A stretch of 64,000 nucleotides of DNA, from positions 1,240,001 through 1,304,000 of the forward strand of contig AP024667.1 in assembly GCA_024346625.1 (NCBI GenBank), given 5' to 3'. The translations under genes were made by a program, and so were the position numbers. Shown here piece by piece: positions 1 through 9,988 of this stretch (positions are counted from its first letter, which is position 1; each line of letters begins with the position of its first letter). The notes under the pieces are model-generated. The model was not told the origin of the DNA. It did no database searches and saw nothing but the letters and a program-made list of their open reading frames with translations. Source of the DNA: Williopsis jadinii (Eukaryota).

Positions 1-1
1 G

Positions 2-2407
2 ATCCAAGAAGAGTATTTCCGATTGTTGAAACAAGCAGTGACACAATCAGGAGCTACACCTTCAATTGTGGCAATTGTTAAACAGCTGATTACCAAATCT
101 CCTGAGGTCCGTTTGATTATTTTTGGCGGTGATCACATGATGGACCTAGTCGAAGCATATGGTGATGTCATAGATTCGAGATTGTCAATCGGCAACCCAT
201 TACAAACAAGCATCTACCTTCTCCCAACAGAGCCTAATAGTTTCAAATTTGAGGCTCTCGGTGGTATCATCAGATATGCCATTTTCTTACAAGCCATCGG
301 ATTGACTGATGACTTGTTTTATTTGTCAATAATTGCCGAAATTGCAACGGATTATGAATTCCTTAATGATGGAACCCACGTATCAGTGGATGCACCTGCT
401 TTACAGCCTCTGAAAACCCAATTGATCTCAAAATTTTCTGGCGAGGACTATGCTTCATTGGTTTCCCAGCTGATTTCCAGATCTTATCAAGGTTCATTAA
501 ATGAGTTGATTTCAGAAAGCAATATCATTGGGTTCTATGGTACACGTCTATTGAAATTAATTCTGCAAAAGGTCACCATATCACCAAAGCAAATAGCAGG
601 GTTGGATTTTGACGGGTTTACCCGTTCTACCGTACGTTCTAAATCTGCAATTGATCATTTGATTTTTAACACAGTTTTGTCTACTCTCCAGCAATTTCTT
701 CACGATGAGAAATTTGAAAGATCTCGAATTTTAGTTGCATCTGAAACGATTGGTCTTCGTACACCAGAGATCATAACCGTTGGAGTGGAGCGTCTAGTTA
801 CCCTTAACAGCTTCTTGTTACTCGACGACTACGAAGCTACCGAGTGTCCTTTGGAACATAGAAGGCTTAACATGGTTATAAGTGAACTGAACAAATGGAT
901 TGATAGTGAAGTGGCGTATGATGCGGAATTCCGCAAAGTTAGACTATTGATTGTTCAATTTTTACATACCTTGAACAGATATTCGCTAAAAAATGATCAA
1001 TTTGAAGAGTTGACTCACAAGGTCTTACAAGAGGCGAGCGGATTGATCAGCATTGGCGAAGAAGGGATCGAATTGAAGTACTACACTTTAAAGCTGTTCA
1101 TCTTGTTACAAAAGCAAGACAAACTGGATTCAACCGTGGCTAAGGACATTGAGAATGAACTACTGGATGCGTTCGTCAATCAAGAAATTTCATACGTTAA
1201 TCAACCTGTATTGATTTACTTTGAAATGTTGAATCGTGTTTTATCGAAGCTACCAACTAGCCGTTTCGTTGAGTTTTATGATCAATTGGTTTCTAAATAT
1301 CATTCCAATTTGCCTGTTGACATAAAGAGACCGCTCTTGAATATACTGAAACGATTGATTCTTTCAAAGCAGCAGGATCAAGTTATTGAATTTGAACTTT
1401 CCAAAGACCGTGATGATGATTTTGGAAGCTTCAAACTTCCTGAATACATTATAGATGACGTTCGTAATGTTCCAGCCCTGACTGGCAAGAAAGAAGATGA
1501 AGATGACATAAAGCTATTGGAGTATCTATGGCATTGGGACTTAGTGTTATTGAACTTCAAAGACATTACGTTAAGGATGAGATCCATGTTTATTCAACAG
1601 TTGCAGACCGAGAATGATGATCTTTTAACAAAATTCTTAGATTTCTTATCTCTTATCATCATAACGGGAGCTGACGATAAATCATTCATGTCGTTATTGG
1701 AGGACACTACCGATTTTACGGATTATGACTTTGTCAATAGTCACTGTGAAAGTACCGGTGAAGAAGTGAAATTACTTGCGGTTCATTTATACTTCACTAT
1801 TCTTTCAACCATTGGCTCGCTTGGATCCAGTTGGTTTAGTGACATCAAGGACCGTGGGTTCAAACAAACATTAGAGAAGTTCACCACGAAGTATATCAGT
1901 CCAAGTCTTATTGATAAGAAGCTGGTTCATTTCGAAAACCAGGTTGACAAGTTTATGGAAGAACATGAAAATCTTACAGTTAAAGTGAACCGTATCACCA
2001 ATGAGATCAGATGTACATATCTCATTGATGAGCAATATCTTGAGGTTGTCTTCAAGATTCCGATGAACTATCCACTTTCAAATGTTGAAGTTGTCGGTCC
2101 CAAGAGGGTTGGTGTCAAAGAGACTCAATGGAAGGCTTGGATCCTTGCCTGTCAACGTATTATAACGTTACAGAACGGAGAATTATCAGAAGCATTAACT
2201 TTCCTGTTGAAGAATATCACTTTCCATTTCAAAGGATTCGAAGAGTGTTCTATTTGTTATTCTGTTTTGCACCAGGATAACTCTCTGCCTTCAAAAACCT
2301 GTTCCACCTGTAAAAACAAATTCCATGCTGGCTGTCTTTATAAATGGTTCAAGTCGAGTGGTGGAAATACCTGTCCATTATGCCGTTCTACGTTCAACTT
2401 TAGATAG
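2..2407 (+). CDS. RKR1: Listerin-type RING E3 ubiquitin ligase (ribosome quality control), 5'-truncated by the window edge
   Basis: The frame is open from base 2. The C-terminus has an RWD-like region (PMNYPL...WKAW) and the RING CSICYSVLH...CSTCKNKFHAGCLYKWFKSSGGNTCPLCR typical of Ltn1/Rkr1. Confidence 0.95.
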   Translation: MQEEYFRLLKQAVTQSGATPSIVAIVKQLITKSPEVRLIIFGGDHMMDLVEAYGDVIDSRLSIGNPLQTSIYLLPTEPNSFKFEALGGIIRYAIFLQAIGLTDDLFYLSIIAEIATDYEFLNDGTHVSVDAPALQPLKTQLISKFSGEDYASLVSQLISRSYQGSLNELISESNIIGFYGTRLLKLILQKVTISPKQIAGLDFDGFTRSTVRSKSAIDHLIFNTVLSTLQQFLHDEKFERSRILVASETIGLRTPEIITVGVERLVTLNSFLLLDDYEATECPLEHRRLNMVISELNKWIDSEVAYDAEFRKVRLLIVQFLHTLNRYSLKNDQFEELTHKVLQEASGLISIGEEGIELKYYTLKLFILLQKQDKLDSTVAKDIENELLDAFVNQEISYVNQPVLIYFEMLNRVLSKLPTSRFVEFYDQLVSKYHSNLPVDIKRPLLNILKRLILSKQQDQVIEFELSKDRDDDFGSFKLPEYIIDDVRNVPALTGKKEDEDDIKLLEYLWHWDLVLLNFKDITLRMRSMFIQQLQTENDDLLTKFLDFLSLIIITGADDKSFMSLLEDTTDFTDYDFVNSHCESTGEEVKLLAVHLYFTILSTIGSLGSSWFSDIKDRGFKQTLEKFTTKYISPSLIDKKLVHFENQVDKFMEEHENLTVKVNRITNEIRCTYLIDEQYLEVVFKIPMNYPLSNVEVVGPKRVGVKETQWKAWILACQRIITLQNGELSEALTFLLKNITFHFKGFEECSICYSVLHQDNSLPSKTCSTCKNKFHAGCLYKWFKSSGGNTCPLCRSTFNFR

Positions 2408-2456
2408 ACTTGACTTTTGTTGTTGTTATTTACAGATTTATATACACGAAGAGTAC

Positions 2457-3086
2457 TTACACCATTTGTTGTGATTGTTGTTGTTCTTCCACATCCACGG
2501 TTTTCAACTTGTTGAACTCCACTTTAGCCTTCTCTTTCAACTCTTCTAACAATGCCTTTGGCGTTTGCAGTGCAACTCTGTCAATCGATTCATGTGTAAC
2601 CAAGTTTCCATCCCAGTTTGACATTTCACCTTTTCTCCACTCGTCCTCCCAGTGGATCTTTGACTTTGTCTGTGCATTTTCGATAGAGGTTGCCAAATCT
2701 GCAACGGCTTCTTGTGTATAGATTGGTCTAAACTGTGCACTGTACCAGATGTTGCCATCCTTGTTTCTTGGTCTGAATCTCATTGCAACGTCCTTCAAGG
2801 TCAAATCTCTCATGGATCTCAGCTGGACCAAGTTTTCGTAGAGCTTGACAGATCCCTCGTAGGTATCGCAATCAACGACGGCCATTAAACGCCATATGTC
2901 TCTTCTCAACGATGGTCTTTTATTCTGCCAGTTTGGTCTTTGGAATTGAGTCTTTATTTGATAATCGGTGAACGTTGGTAATTGTGAATAAAGAACTTGG
3001 CCAGATTCCAAGTTTCTGAAAAGGAACACCTGTGGTGCATAGCCATTCTTAGCTAACCAGTTGGCACTACGGAATCTGTTTGACAT
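2457..3086 (-). CDS. MHR1: Mitochondrial homologous recombination protein / mitoribosomal mL67
   Basis: PQVFLFRNLESGQVLYSQ, RPNWQNKRPSLRRDIW and WYSAQFRPIYTQEAVADL match the Mhr1 family. The first ATG is at 3086; the ORF-track start is a TTG. Confidence 0.92.
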   Translation of the reverse strand: MSNRFRSANWLAKNGYAPQVFLFRNLESGQVLYSQLPTFTDYQIKTQFQRPNWQNKRPSLRRDIWRLMAVVDCDTYEGSVKLYENLVQLRSMRDLTLKDVAMRFRPRNKDGNIWYSAQFRPIYTQEAVADLATSIENAQTKSKIHWEDEWRKGEMSNWDGNLVTHESIDRVALQTPKALLEELKEKAKVEFNKLKTVDVEEQQQSQQMV

Positions 3087-3199
3087 TCTTTCCCAATACC
3101 AATTCCTGTACAATATGCGGTTGGTTTAGTACTTCAAGGAAACTGCTTCAAATGTAATTTTTTCTCAACGACGTGTGGGTTTTTTTTTTCATTTCATGA

Positions 3200-3244
3200 A
3201 CATCCAAACATCCAAACACCTGGACATCCAAACACCTGAACATT
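3200..3244 (+). promoter_or_regulatory. Array of six ACAYY half-sites at 8-nt period (Rap1-site-like)
   Basis: acatccaa-acatccaa-acacctgg-acatccaa-acacctga-acatt lies in the MHR1/SUR2 divergent promoter. Rap1 binds ACAYY half-sites 8 nt apart. Confidence 0.45.
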
Positions 3245-3585
3245 ATTCATCTGTGATTTTGCTTTTTTTTTTCTCCCTCTCTTTTTCTCTTCTGCCGGCA
3301 GGAGACACATTCCCCTAAATTCCCCCCTTTTTTCCCCTTTTGGCTGACGGAAGACAATTTTTATTCCTCTCATTTCTTTTTGTTTCCATCACGAGAGAGT
3401 TCGAGAAATTGGTTTGTTTACAAATTGTACGATCAACTGCTGACCAACCTTTTCTTTTTGGGAACATCCTTGCCAAAAAAAAAAAGAGTATAAACGCGCC
3501 CACATTCGCATCGAAGAGGAACACAACCCATAGATAATTTATCAAGGGGGTTGGTACTTTTCAATAGGGTGACTACATTTTGTAA

Positions 3586-3665
3586 ACGACGACTACGACT
3601 AAGACTACGACTACGACCACGAACAAAAATACGATCACGACTACAAACGACGACCACGATCACAA
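3586..3665 (+). repeat. Degenerate ACGACT-type hexamer microsatellite upstream of SUR2
   Basis: acgacgactacgactaagactacgactacgaccacga...acgatcacgactac...acgaccacgatcac. Confidence 0.7.
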
Positions 3666-3738
3666 ACAATAACTCACATCGAAGATAATCATCACGAGTA
3701 AATACTTAATCAAGAATTACACCACAGATTACATCGGA

Positions 3739-4704
3739 ATGAACGCAACTGCTATTGCACCTACCTTCAAACTTGTGGAGAAGCCTCCGTTGATTGATGG
3801 CATCCCCGATAACATTTTGGCGCTGATTGCACCTATTGTTGCCTATTGGTCATACTCTCTCTTCTTCTATACTATTGATACGTTGGAATTGGCTGAACAG
3901 TTTAGAATCCACCCACCGGAAGAAGTGATCTCAAGAAACAAGGCTACAAAGTTGGATGTCCTGAAGGACGTTTTGCTACAACATTTCATCCAGACCGTGG
4001 TTGGGGTACTGTCGACGTATCTGGATGAAGACCAGTACACCGGAGATGAAGTTTATCAAACTTGGGTGTTGAAACAGAGGGTTCCTTGGTTACCTTGGAA
4101 CCTCTGTTGGTTGATCTACAACTATGGATTCTCGATGTTGAAGATCACCATTGCATTTGTCATTATTGATACATGGCAATACTGGTTGCACAGAATAATG
4201 CACATGAACAAGTTCCTCTACAAGAGATTCCATTCTCGTCATCACAGGCTCTACGTTCCATATGCCTTTGGTGCCTTGTATAATGATCCTGTTGAAGGGT
4301 TCTTGTTGGACACTCTTGGAACAGGGATTGCAGCCATTGTCACTGGGTTAACTCCAAGGGAACAGATCGTGCTGTACACGTTTTCCACGTTGAAGACTGT
4401 TGATGACCATTGTGGATATGCGTTGCCATTTGATCCATTCCAAAAGTTGTTCCCGAATAACTCCATATACCATGATATCCATCATCAGCAGTTTGGTATC
4501 AAGACCAACTTTTCACAGCCATTCTTTACATTCTGGGACTTGCTGAATAACACCATGTACCATGAGTTGGATTCCTACAAGGAGAAGCAGAAGCAAATCA
4601 CCATAGATAAGTACAAGCAGTTCTTGAGAGACAGGGAAGACGCCAAGTTGAAGAAGAAAGAAGAGTTGTACGGCAAAGATGAAACGACTAAGAAGGAGAA
4701 GTAA
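3739..4704 (+). CDS. SUR2: Sphinganine C4-hydroxylase
   Basis: His boxes HRIMH, HSRHH and HDIHH, plus YVPYAFGALYNDPVEGFLLD and KTVDDHCGY. Confidence 0.95.
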   Translation: MNATAIAPTFKLVEKPPLIDGIPDNILALIAPIVAYWSYSLFFYTIDTLELAEQFRIHPPEEVISRNKATKLDVLKDVLLQHFIQTVVGVLSTYLDEDQYTGDEVYQTWVLKQRVPWLPWNLCWLIYNYGFSMLKITIAFVIIDTWQYWLHRIMHMNKFLYKRFHSRHHRLYVPYAFGALYNDPVEGFLLDTLGTGIAAIVTGLTPREQIVLYTFSTLKTVDDHCGYALPFDPFQKLFPNNSIYHDIHHQQFGIKTNFSQPFFTFWDLLNNTMYHELDSYKEKQKQITIDKYKQFLRDREDAKLKKKEELYGKDETTKKEK

Positions 4705-4761
4705 CATTTTATACTGACATATGTAATAATTATAACAATCATAATGCTAATACAGTAATCA

Positions 4762-5780
4762 CTAATCACGAATAGTCTCCACTAGTTGTTGTAGTTCTTT
4801 ACCACATTTAGAAAGCTGACCACCTTGTTTAACCAAGTTGGAAACGTTCTTGTTGAAGTCTGTTAAGAACAAGTCGACAAATGTTTCTCGACGTGACTTG
4901 AAATCATCACACTGCATCGAGGTCGATGACGTTGTAACCAAAGGATTTGTGAATAGCTTCAAGCTCTCAAATGGGTTAGAAGTTGATGGGATGCAATATA
5001 AGCCTGTCAAGTGGTGGACAGTGATGACCTCAGCTTTCTTTCTCATGTTTTCCTCTATTCCACTCTTAATAAACCTGTTGAACGACTCCAAGATCTTCAA
5101 CCTCGACTTGACGTCGTCATTATTCAACGTTGACGGCAATGAAGAGAGCTGTTTGGAATCGTTCAAAGGCCAATGCAACAGCGTAAAGAAGCACTTTATT
5201 GTCTTTATCCAGGAGTTCTTGACAAACGAGTCGTCCCCATACTCCAACAGGATATCTATAAACTTGTAGGAGTCGTTCCTTATAGCTGGGTTGATATGGG
5301 TCATCGCACTATGAACAAACAACGATATCGAGTTGGAATGCAGTTCAATCAGCCCAGGCTGCTTAGCAGCACATTCCTTGAGTAAAGAAACCAACGCCTC
5401 TCTCACAGATCTAGAGGTGTCCACGCACAGTGGACACACAGAGTTCAGTATCTGCTTGTAGATTGAGGGATCGTCGGGCAGGTGTTGCTCGATGTATATC
5501 AGCGTCTCCTTCCTTGTTGAAGACTGATGATGCTTGGTCAGTGACAGCCTCTTCACAATGTCATCTTTATCCTTCACCAGCCTCTGGTTCGGTAGTGATA
5601 TCGTCTTGGCCGTGAAACTAGTGTCTGTGAAGTTTGAAGCCTTAGCCTTCTCTTTACCAACCTTCAACTTAGTTTTCTGATCTCCGCTTGTTAGTAGAGT
5701 GCGTATGTGGTGTTGGCGTGTTGATCTTTGCTTACCTGGAAATCCTTTTGCTTGTCCTTCTTCTTCTTGGTTGAGCCCAT
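4762..5780 (-). CDS. IPI1: Rix1-complex pre-60S factor Ipi1, two exons (5780-5736, 5676-4762)
   Basis: Splicing gives MGSTKKKKDKQKDFQ/KTKLKVGK...NFTDTSFTAKTISLPNQ, the typical Ipi1 N-terminus; HSAMTHI...IR motif also present. Confidence 0.9.
5677..5735 (-). other. 59-nt spliceosomal intron in IPI1
   Basis: 5' site GTAAGC at 5735, branch point TACTAAC at 5696-5690, 3' CAG ending at 5677. Removal joins the two exons in frame. Confidence 0.9.
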
Positions 5781-5931
5781 TTCCTCCCTGTTTATCAAAT
5801 ATAAATTCTGATAAAATAAGTAAATAAATGAAATTTATTCGTCCAGAGATAAATTCATCTAGAGGTTTAAAATTTATTTCCATCAGAATAAATATAAATA
5901 TTTATCTGTTTTTCCATAAATATTCATCTTC

Positions 5932-5956
5932 GTGAAAAAAATTTCGAGGGCTCATC
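5932..5956. promoter_or_regulatory. RRPE plus PAC-like motifs in the IPI1/TRM44 divergent promoter
   Basis: tgaaaaaaattt followed by gctcatc; both flanking genes belong to ribosome-biogenesis/tRNA-modification classes. Confidence 0.6.
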
Positions 5957-6024
5957 AACACCCCAAATCAGCATACATCACATTAATACCCTGGGAACCT
6001 TCTAATCAAATATTCTGTGTTAAA

Positions 6025-7647
6025 ATGGGAAGTAAGAACCATAGCGAGATACCAACGCTATCCTCCACGAGATCTAAGCTTGGAGATTCATGGATTCCCC
6101 TTTTCGAGGAACAAATACGATTCCAAAGGGAGCATTTCATCACTGCCATGAAGAACCTCATAAGGCATCCGAACATAAATTCCACTGTCATTCTAAGAGC
6201 AGATATAATAAGCGAACGGCTATACTATCTGTCGAACAGTAAAGCCAATGAAGCTGCAAGTGATGAGGACGATGTCATACCGAACAAACCTGATATTCCG
6301 CGGGGATGTGATGGTGAAATTGTGCTTGAGAAGAACCTCGACGACGTTTCTCTAAAGAGCGTTCCTCTCGACGGACAGTGGGCTCCCACAGTAGAAATCG
6401 TTAGAAGGATTATCCCAAGAAACCCGTTCAAGGATTGCATAATCAACCAAACATGTCTGATGCTGTCTTTGGAGGACTCAGTGCTCGTTGTGTATAGGCC
6501 TCACATCGATTCCGTGGAAGACTGTCCCTTCTATCTACCAAGTGTCCAGGCTGTAGGTATACTGTTGACTGGTGACAAATTGTCGGTCCATTACCTTCCC
6601 TTCAACTACTTGGATGAACAAGTGCTGAAGCAGTTCAAGAGCATCGATCCAAACGATAGAAACGTTAGAATTGCACTGAGACTGTTACAAACGTCAAAGA
6701 AGCACTCCACTGGAGTTATGGATGGCTATCAGAAACGCGTTAACCATGACTTGGTTGTTTCAAAGACCTCGTTCCAGGATAGGTACATCTCGCTGAAGAA
6801 GAAGTATACAAAGTACTTTGTTGACAACTGGGTGGAGTCCACTGACCCTAGGAAACATGTATTTGAAGATATCGCAATTGCAGCATTTCTCATTGAGCTC
6901 TGGTCCAAGATCTATAAGGACAAGAACGACTTCGAGTTTAGAGATTTGGGCTGTGGTAATGGGCTATTAGTGAATATTTTGCTGAGTGAAGGATATAGGG
7001 GCTTTGGAATAGATGCGAGATCGAGGAAGTCTTGGAAGATCTATTCAGATGAAGTCCAGTCAAAGCTTAAAGAGCAGGTTATCATACCTTCTGTCTTGCT
7101 CAAACCACACCCTCAAGTGAAATCCATGGCACCGCATATAAGCGACAACGGCCGTGTCTTTCAAATACCGGTGAACAGTAACATCAACGATGAAATTCCA
7201 GTTGTTGCCTATTACTCATCAGCTGCTCTCTTACGTTCAAAATCCGTCAATACTGCACAGTTCCCAAAGAACACATTCATCATTGGAAATCACTCAGATG
7301 AGCTGACATGCTGGATTCCACTTCTGGGTTATCCTTTCTTGGTGATACCATGTTGTTCTCATGCTCTGAACGGTTCAAGGATCCGTTATAATCCAATGAG
7401 TAGTGGTAGAGCTTCAACTTATGCATCGTTGGTAGACCACGTTGAACTTCTCGCAAAGCAGTGTGGTTGGGAAGTTCAAAGAGAAATGTTGAGAATACCA
7501 AGTACAAGAAACGCTGCAATCATTGGATACAAAAGAGACGTGAAAGCCTCTAAAGATATCTACGAGTTATTGGCTATGGAAGGTGGTGCCGAAGGTTGGG
7601 TTGAAAATACAATGGCATTGGCCAAAAGACCTCCAAGAAAGCATTAG
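6025..7647 (+). CDS. TRM44: tRNA(Ser) Um44 2'-O-methyltransferase
   Basis: WVESTDPRKHVFEDIAIAAFLIELW, DLGCGNGLLV, IIGNHSDELTCWIP and LRIPSTRN. First ATG at 6025. Confidence 0.93.
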   Translation: MGSKNHSEIPTLSSTRSKLGDSWIPLFEEQIRFQREHFITAMKNLIRHPNINSTVILRADIISERLYYLSNSKANEAASDEDDVIPNKPDIPRGCDGEIVLEKNLDDVSLKSVPLDGQWAPTVEIVRRIIPRNPFKDCIINQTCLMLSLEDSVLVVYRPHIDSVEDCPFYLPSVQAVGILLTGDKLSVHYLPFNYLDEQVLKQFKSIDPNDRNVRIALRLLQTSKKHSTGVMDGYQKRVNHDLVVSKTSFQDRYISLKKKYTKYFVDNWVESTDPRKHVFEDIAIAAFLIELWSKIYKDKNDFEFRDLGCGNGLLVNILLSEGYRGFGIDARSRKSWKIYSDEVQSKLKEQVIIPSVLLKPHPQVKSMAPHISDNGRVFQIPVNSNINDEIPVVAYYSSAALLRSKSVNTAQFPKNTFIIGNHSDELTCWIPLLGYPFLVIPCCSHALNGSRIRYNPMSSGRASTYASLVDHVELLAKQCGWEVQREMLRIPSTRNAAIIGYKRDVKASKDIYELLAMEGGAEGWVENTMALAKRPPRKH

Positions 7648-7719
7648 ATCATATGCATATACAATGTTTTTGTTAAAAAAAGAACTAATATCATAATAAC
7701 TGCTGTAGTCTTTTCTCTC

Positions 7720-9870
7720 TCATTTACCTCTCTTTTGTTGTCTTCTCTTACGCTTCATACCAATGAGCTTCTTGGTATCGTCGTCAAGGCCAGATTTGGA
7801 TGCTTCTTTGTCTTCAACAATGGTCTTCTTTCCAACATGCATTCCCTTATTGGTATTTCCTTGTTTCTTCTTGGTGTTCTTTTTACTCTTCTTGCTCTTT
7901 GGCTCGGTAGTAGCTTCCTTCTCTTCCTCGTCGTTTGATCTCTTTCTCTTATTTTCAACACCAGCTGAAGACTTTCTAGCATGAAGCATCTTTTCCCTTC
8001 TTCTCTTCACGATATTGGCATGCTCAATCGCAAATTCAACAATGAGCTTCCTCTTTGCAAGACCCTCTAATTCTGCAATCTTCTTCTCCTCATCATCAAG
8101 ACCTTCAAGGATTTCGCTTGGTGTGACTTCATGGGCATTCAACCATCTCAGACCCATTAACGCTGTTTTATGGTCTCTAAACTCAAGGAAACCATAACCT
8201 CTACTACGTCCTGCATCTCCAGATCCCTTGACCTCCATGATGATCTTCGCCTGTCTAACAACACCTTGTTTCTTGGATCTGTTGGACTCAACTTCCCCTG
8301 CTTGCCATCTTTCTTTCTCCTTTTGAGATCTAATTGCCTCTTCTTTGGTAAGTGGTTGTCTCTTACCATCCTTAACCTCTGTCGCAAATTGAACAACTGC
8401 CTTACGTGCTAACGCCTTCAATGCCTTCGCATTCATTGCCCTTGGTAAGTTTCTAATAGCCAATCTCGTTAATGAGAGGTGGAGTGATGGGTTCTTGTTT
8501 AAATGTTGAACTCTGAGCTTGTAAGACTTCTCTCTTAATTCTAAATCGGATTTCGACAACTTGGAAGCAAGTTTGGAGTTCTCTGTAATTCTACCTTCAT
8601 TCAACAGATACAAGTTACGCTTATCTCTTTCACCCGGAGTCTTTCCTAACAATTCCATTCTCTTCTGTGCATTCTTCTCTGTGAGTCTTGATGCAGATTC
8701 CCTATCAACTGTTGGAGAAATTGACAAAATACGTCCTTCAAAGACATAGTCTGGGGAAACATCATCTGAAATCAAAATAGAGGTTGTAGAGCTCTCTGGT
8801 GCATTTGCTAGACATTTCTCATAGGATTCCTTTTGGTAAAATGCAACAAATGCAGTACCTTTAGCCAAGCCAGTTTCCTTGTCGATAACAGGCAAGGCAT
8901 ACTTAACAGGACCAAATTTTTCAAAGTGTTGCTTCAAGTCTTCAGATTCAGTGTCATAAGGAATATTACGTACAAATATGGAGAAGTTCTCCTGTCTATT
9001 TGCCTTGGGTCTTGACTTTTCAAGCTCCTTTTCTTGAGATTCTTCAACGTCTTCATCAGAGTCAAGTTCAACATCTGAATCATCAGAATCAGAGTTTGCA
9101 ACGTCAGCGTTGTCACTGTCCTCAAGCTCTTCTTCTTGTCTTTCATCGACTTCTTCATCGACTTCGTCTTCTTCTTGTTCGTCTTCATCTTCATCTTCAT
9201 CTTCATCTTCATCTTCATCTTCATCTTCATCATGTTCATCCTTGTATTGCAACCATTTAGACTTCTCTAGTGCAAAATCCACAGCAACTTCTCTATCATC
9301 TATCTTTAGGCCCTCGGATCCCTTGATGGCGTTTTGAGCATTGGCATATTTCTTCATTGTGACAAATGCAAAACCCGACATTTGACCACCTTTCTTTCTT
9401 GGAATAAAGGCATCTGTGACAACACCATACTTCGAGAATATCTTCTTCAACTGCTCTGGGTTACGTACAGACCATGGCAGGTTACGAATAATCAATCTTG
9501 GCTTTCTCTTTTCAACCTGTTCCTTCTGAACTTTCGAAGAGGAAGGTGACGAGGAAGAATCTTCTTGGTTCTTCACCTTACGGTCTCGTCTCTTTGCAAT
9601 GTCAACCCTCAACATACGGCCCTGGAACTTTGTTGTTCTGCTCTTGTCCAATGCAGTCTGGGTATCTTCATCCATAGCGAAACTAACAAACCCAAACCCT
9701 CTCGACTGACCTTCAGCGTCATTAACAACAACGGCATGTCTCACCGGACAAAACTGCGAGAAGAAATCTGTAAGTTGTTCTGAAGTCGCATCGAATGGGA
9801 TTGAACGAACGAACAGCGTCTTCTTGTCCAAGTTATCATTTTCTGTAGATTGAACTGGTCTGTCACTCAT
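7720..9870 (-). CDS. NOP4: Nucleolar multi-RRM protein for 60S biogenesis
   Basis: Four RRMs ([31 protein letters not shown]), an acidic linker and [13 protein letters not shown]. First ATG at 9870. Confidence 0.95.
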   Translation of the reverse strand: MSDRPVQSTENDNLDKKTLFVRSIPFDATSEQLTDFFSQFCPVRHAVVVNDAEGQSRGFGFVSFAMDEDTQTALDKSRTTKFQGRMLRVDIAKRRDRKVKNQEDSSSSPSSSKVQKEQVEKRKPRLIIRNLPWSVRNPEQLKKIFSKYGVVTDAFIPRKKGGQMSGFAFVTMKKYANAQNAIKGSEGLKIDDREVAVDFALEKSKWLQYKDEHDEDEDEDEDEDEDEDEDEQEEDEVDEEVDERQEEELEDSDNADVANSDSDDSDVELDSDEDVEESQEKELEKSRPKANRQENFSIFVRNIPYDTESEDLKQHFEKFGPVKYALPVIDKETGLAKGTAFVAFYQKESYEKCLANAPESSTTSILISDDVSPDYVFEGRILSISPTVDRESASRLTEKNAQKRMELLGKTPGERDKRNLYLLNEGRITENSKLASKLSKSDLELREKSYKLRVQHLNKNPSLHLSLTRLAIRNLPRAMNAKALKALARKAVVQFATEVKDGKRQPLTKEEAIRSQKEKERWQAGEVESNRSKKQGVVRQAKIIMEVKGSGDAGRSRGYGFLEFRDHKTALMGLRWLNAHEVTPSEILEGLDDEEKKIAELEGLAKRKLIVEFAIEHANIVKRRREKMLHARKSSAGVENKRKRSNDEEEKEATTEPKSKKSKKNTKKKQGNTNKGMHVGKKTIVEDKEASKSGLDDDTKKLIGMKRKRRQQKRGK
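9182..9230 (-). repeat. (GAAGAT)n coding microsatellite encoding the ED tract of Nop4
   Basis: tcttca repeated about 8 times on the + strand. Confidence 0.85.
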
Positions 9871-9945
9871 CTTCCTTTCAATCACAAATCACACTGGGCT
9901 CCTTCCTTCGAGTGTTGTTATATGCGAATTAGCTGAAGAGAATGA

Positions 9946-9988
9946 AGAAGCTCATCCCAGAAAGAAAATTTTATGCGATGAGCTCTTC
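9946..9988. promoter_or_regulatory. PAC - RRPE - PAC module upstream of NOP4
   Basis: agctcatcc (reverse PAC-like), gaaaatttt at 9964-9972 and GCGATGAGCT at 9975-9984. The two PAC copies are inverted around the RRPE. Confidence 0.75.

Noticed and set aside
8934..9337. MKMKMK, HLHLHL and poly-Ser ORFs within NOP4
   Set aside because: Shadow frames of the (GAAGAT)n acidic tract.
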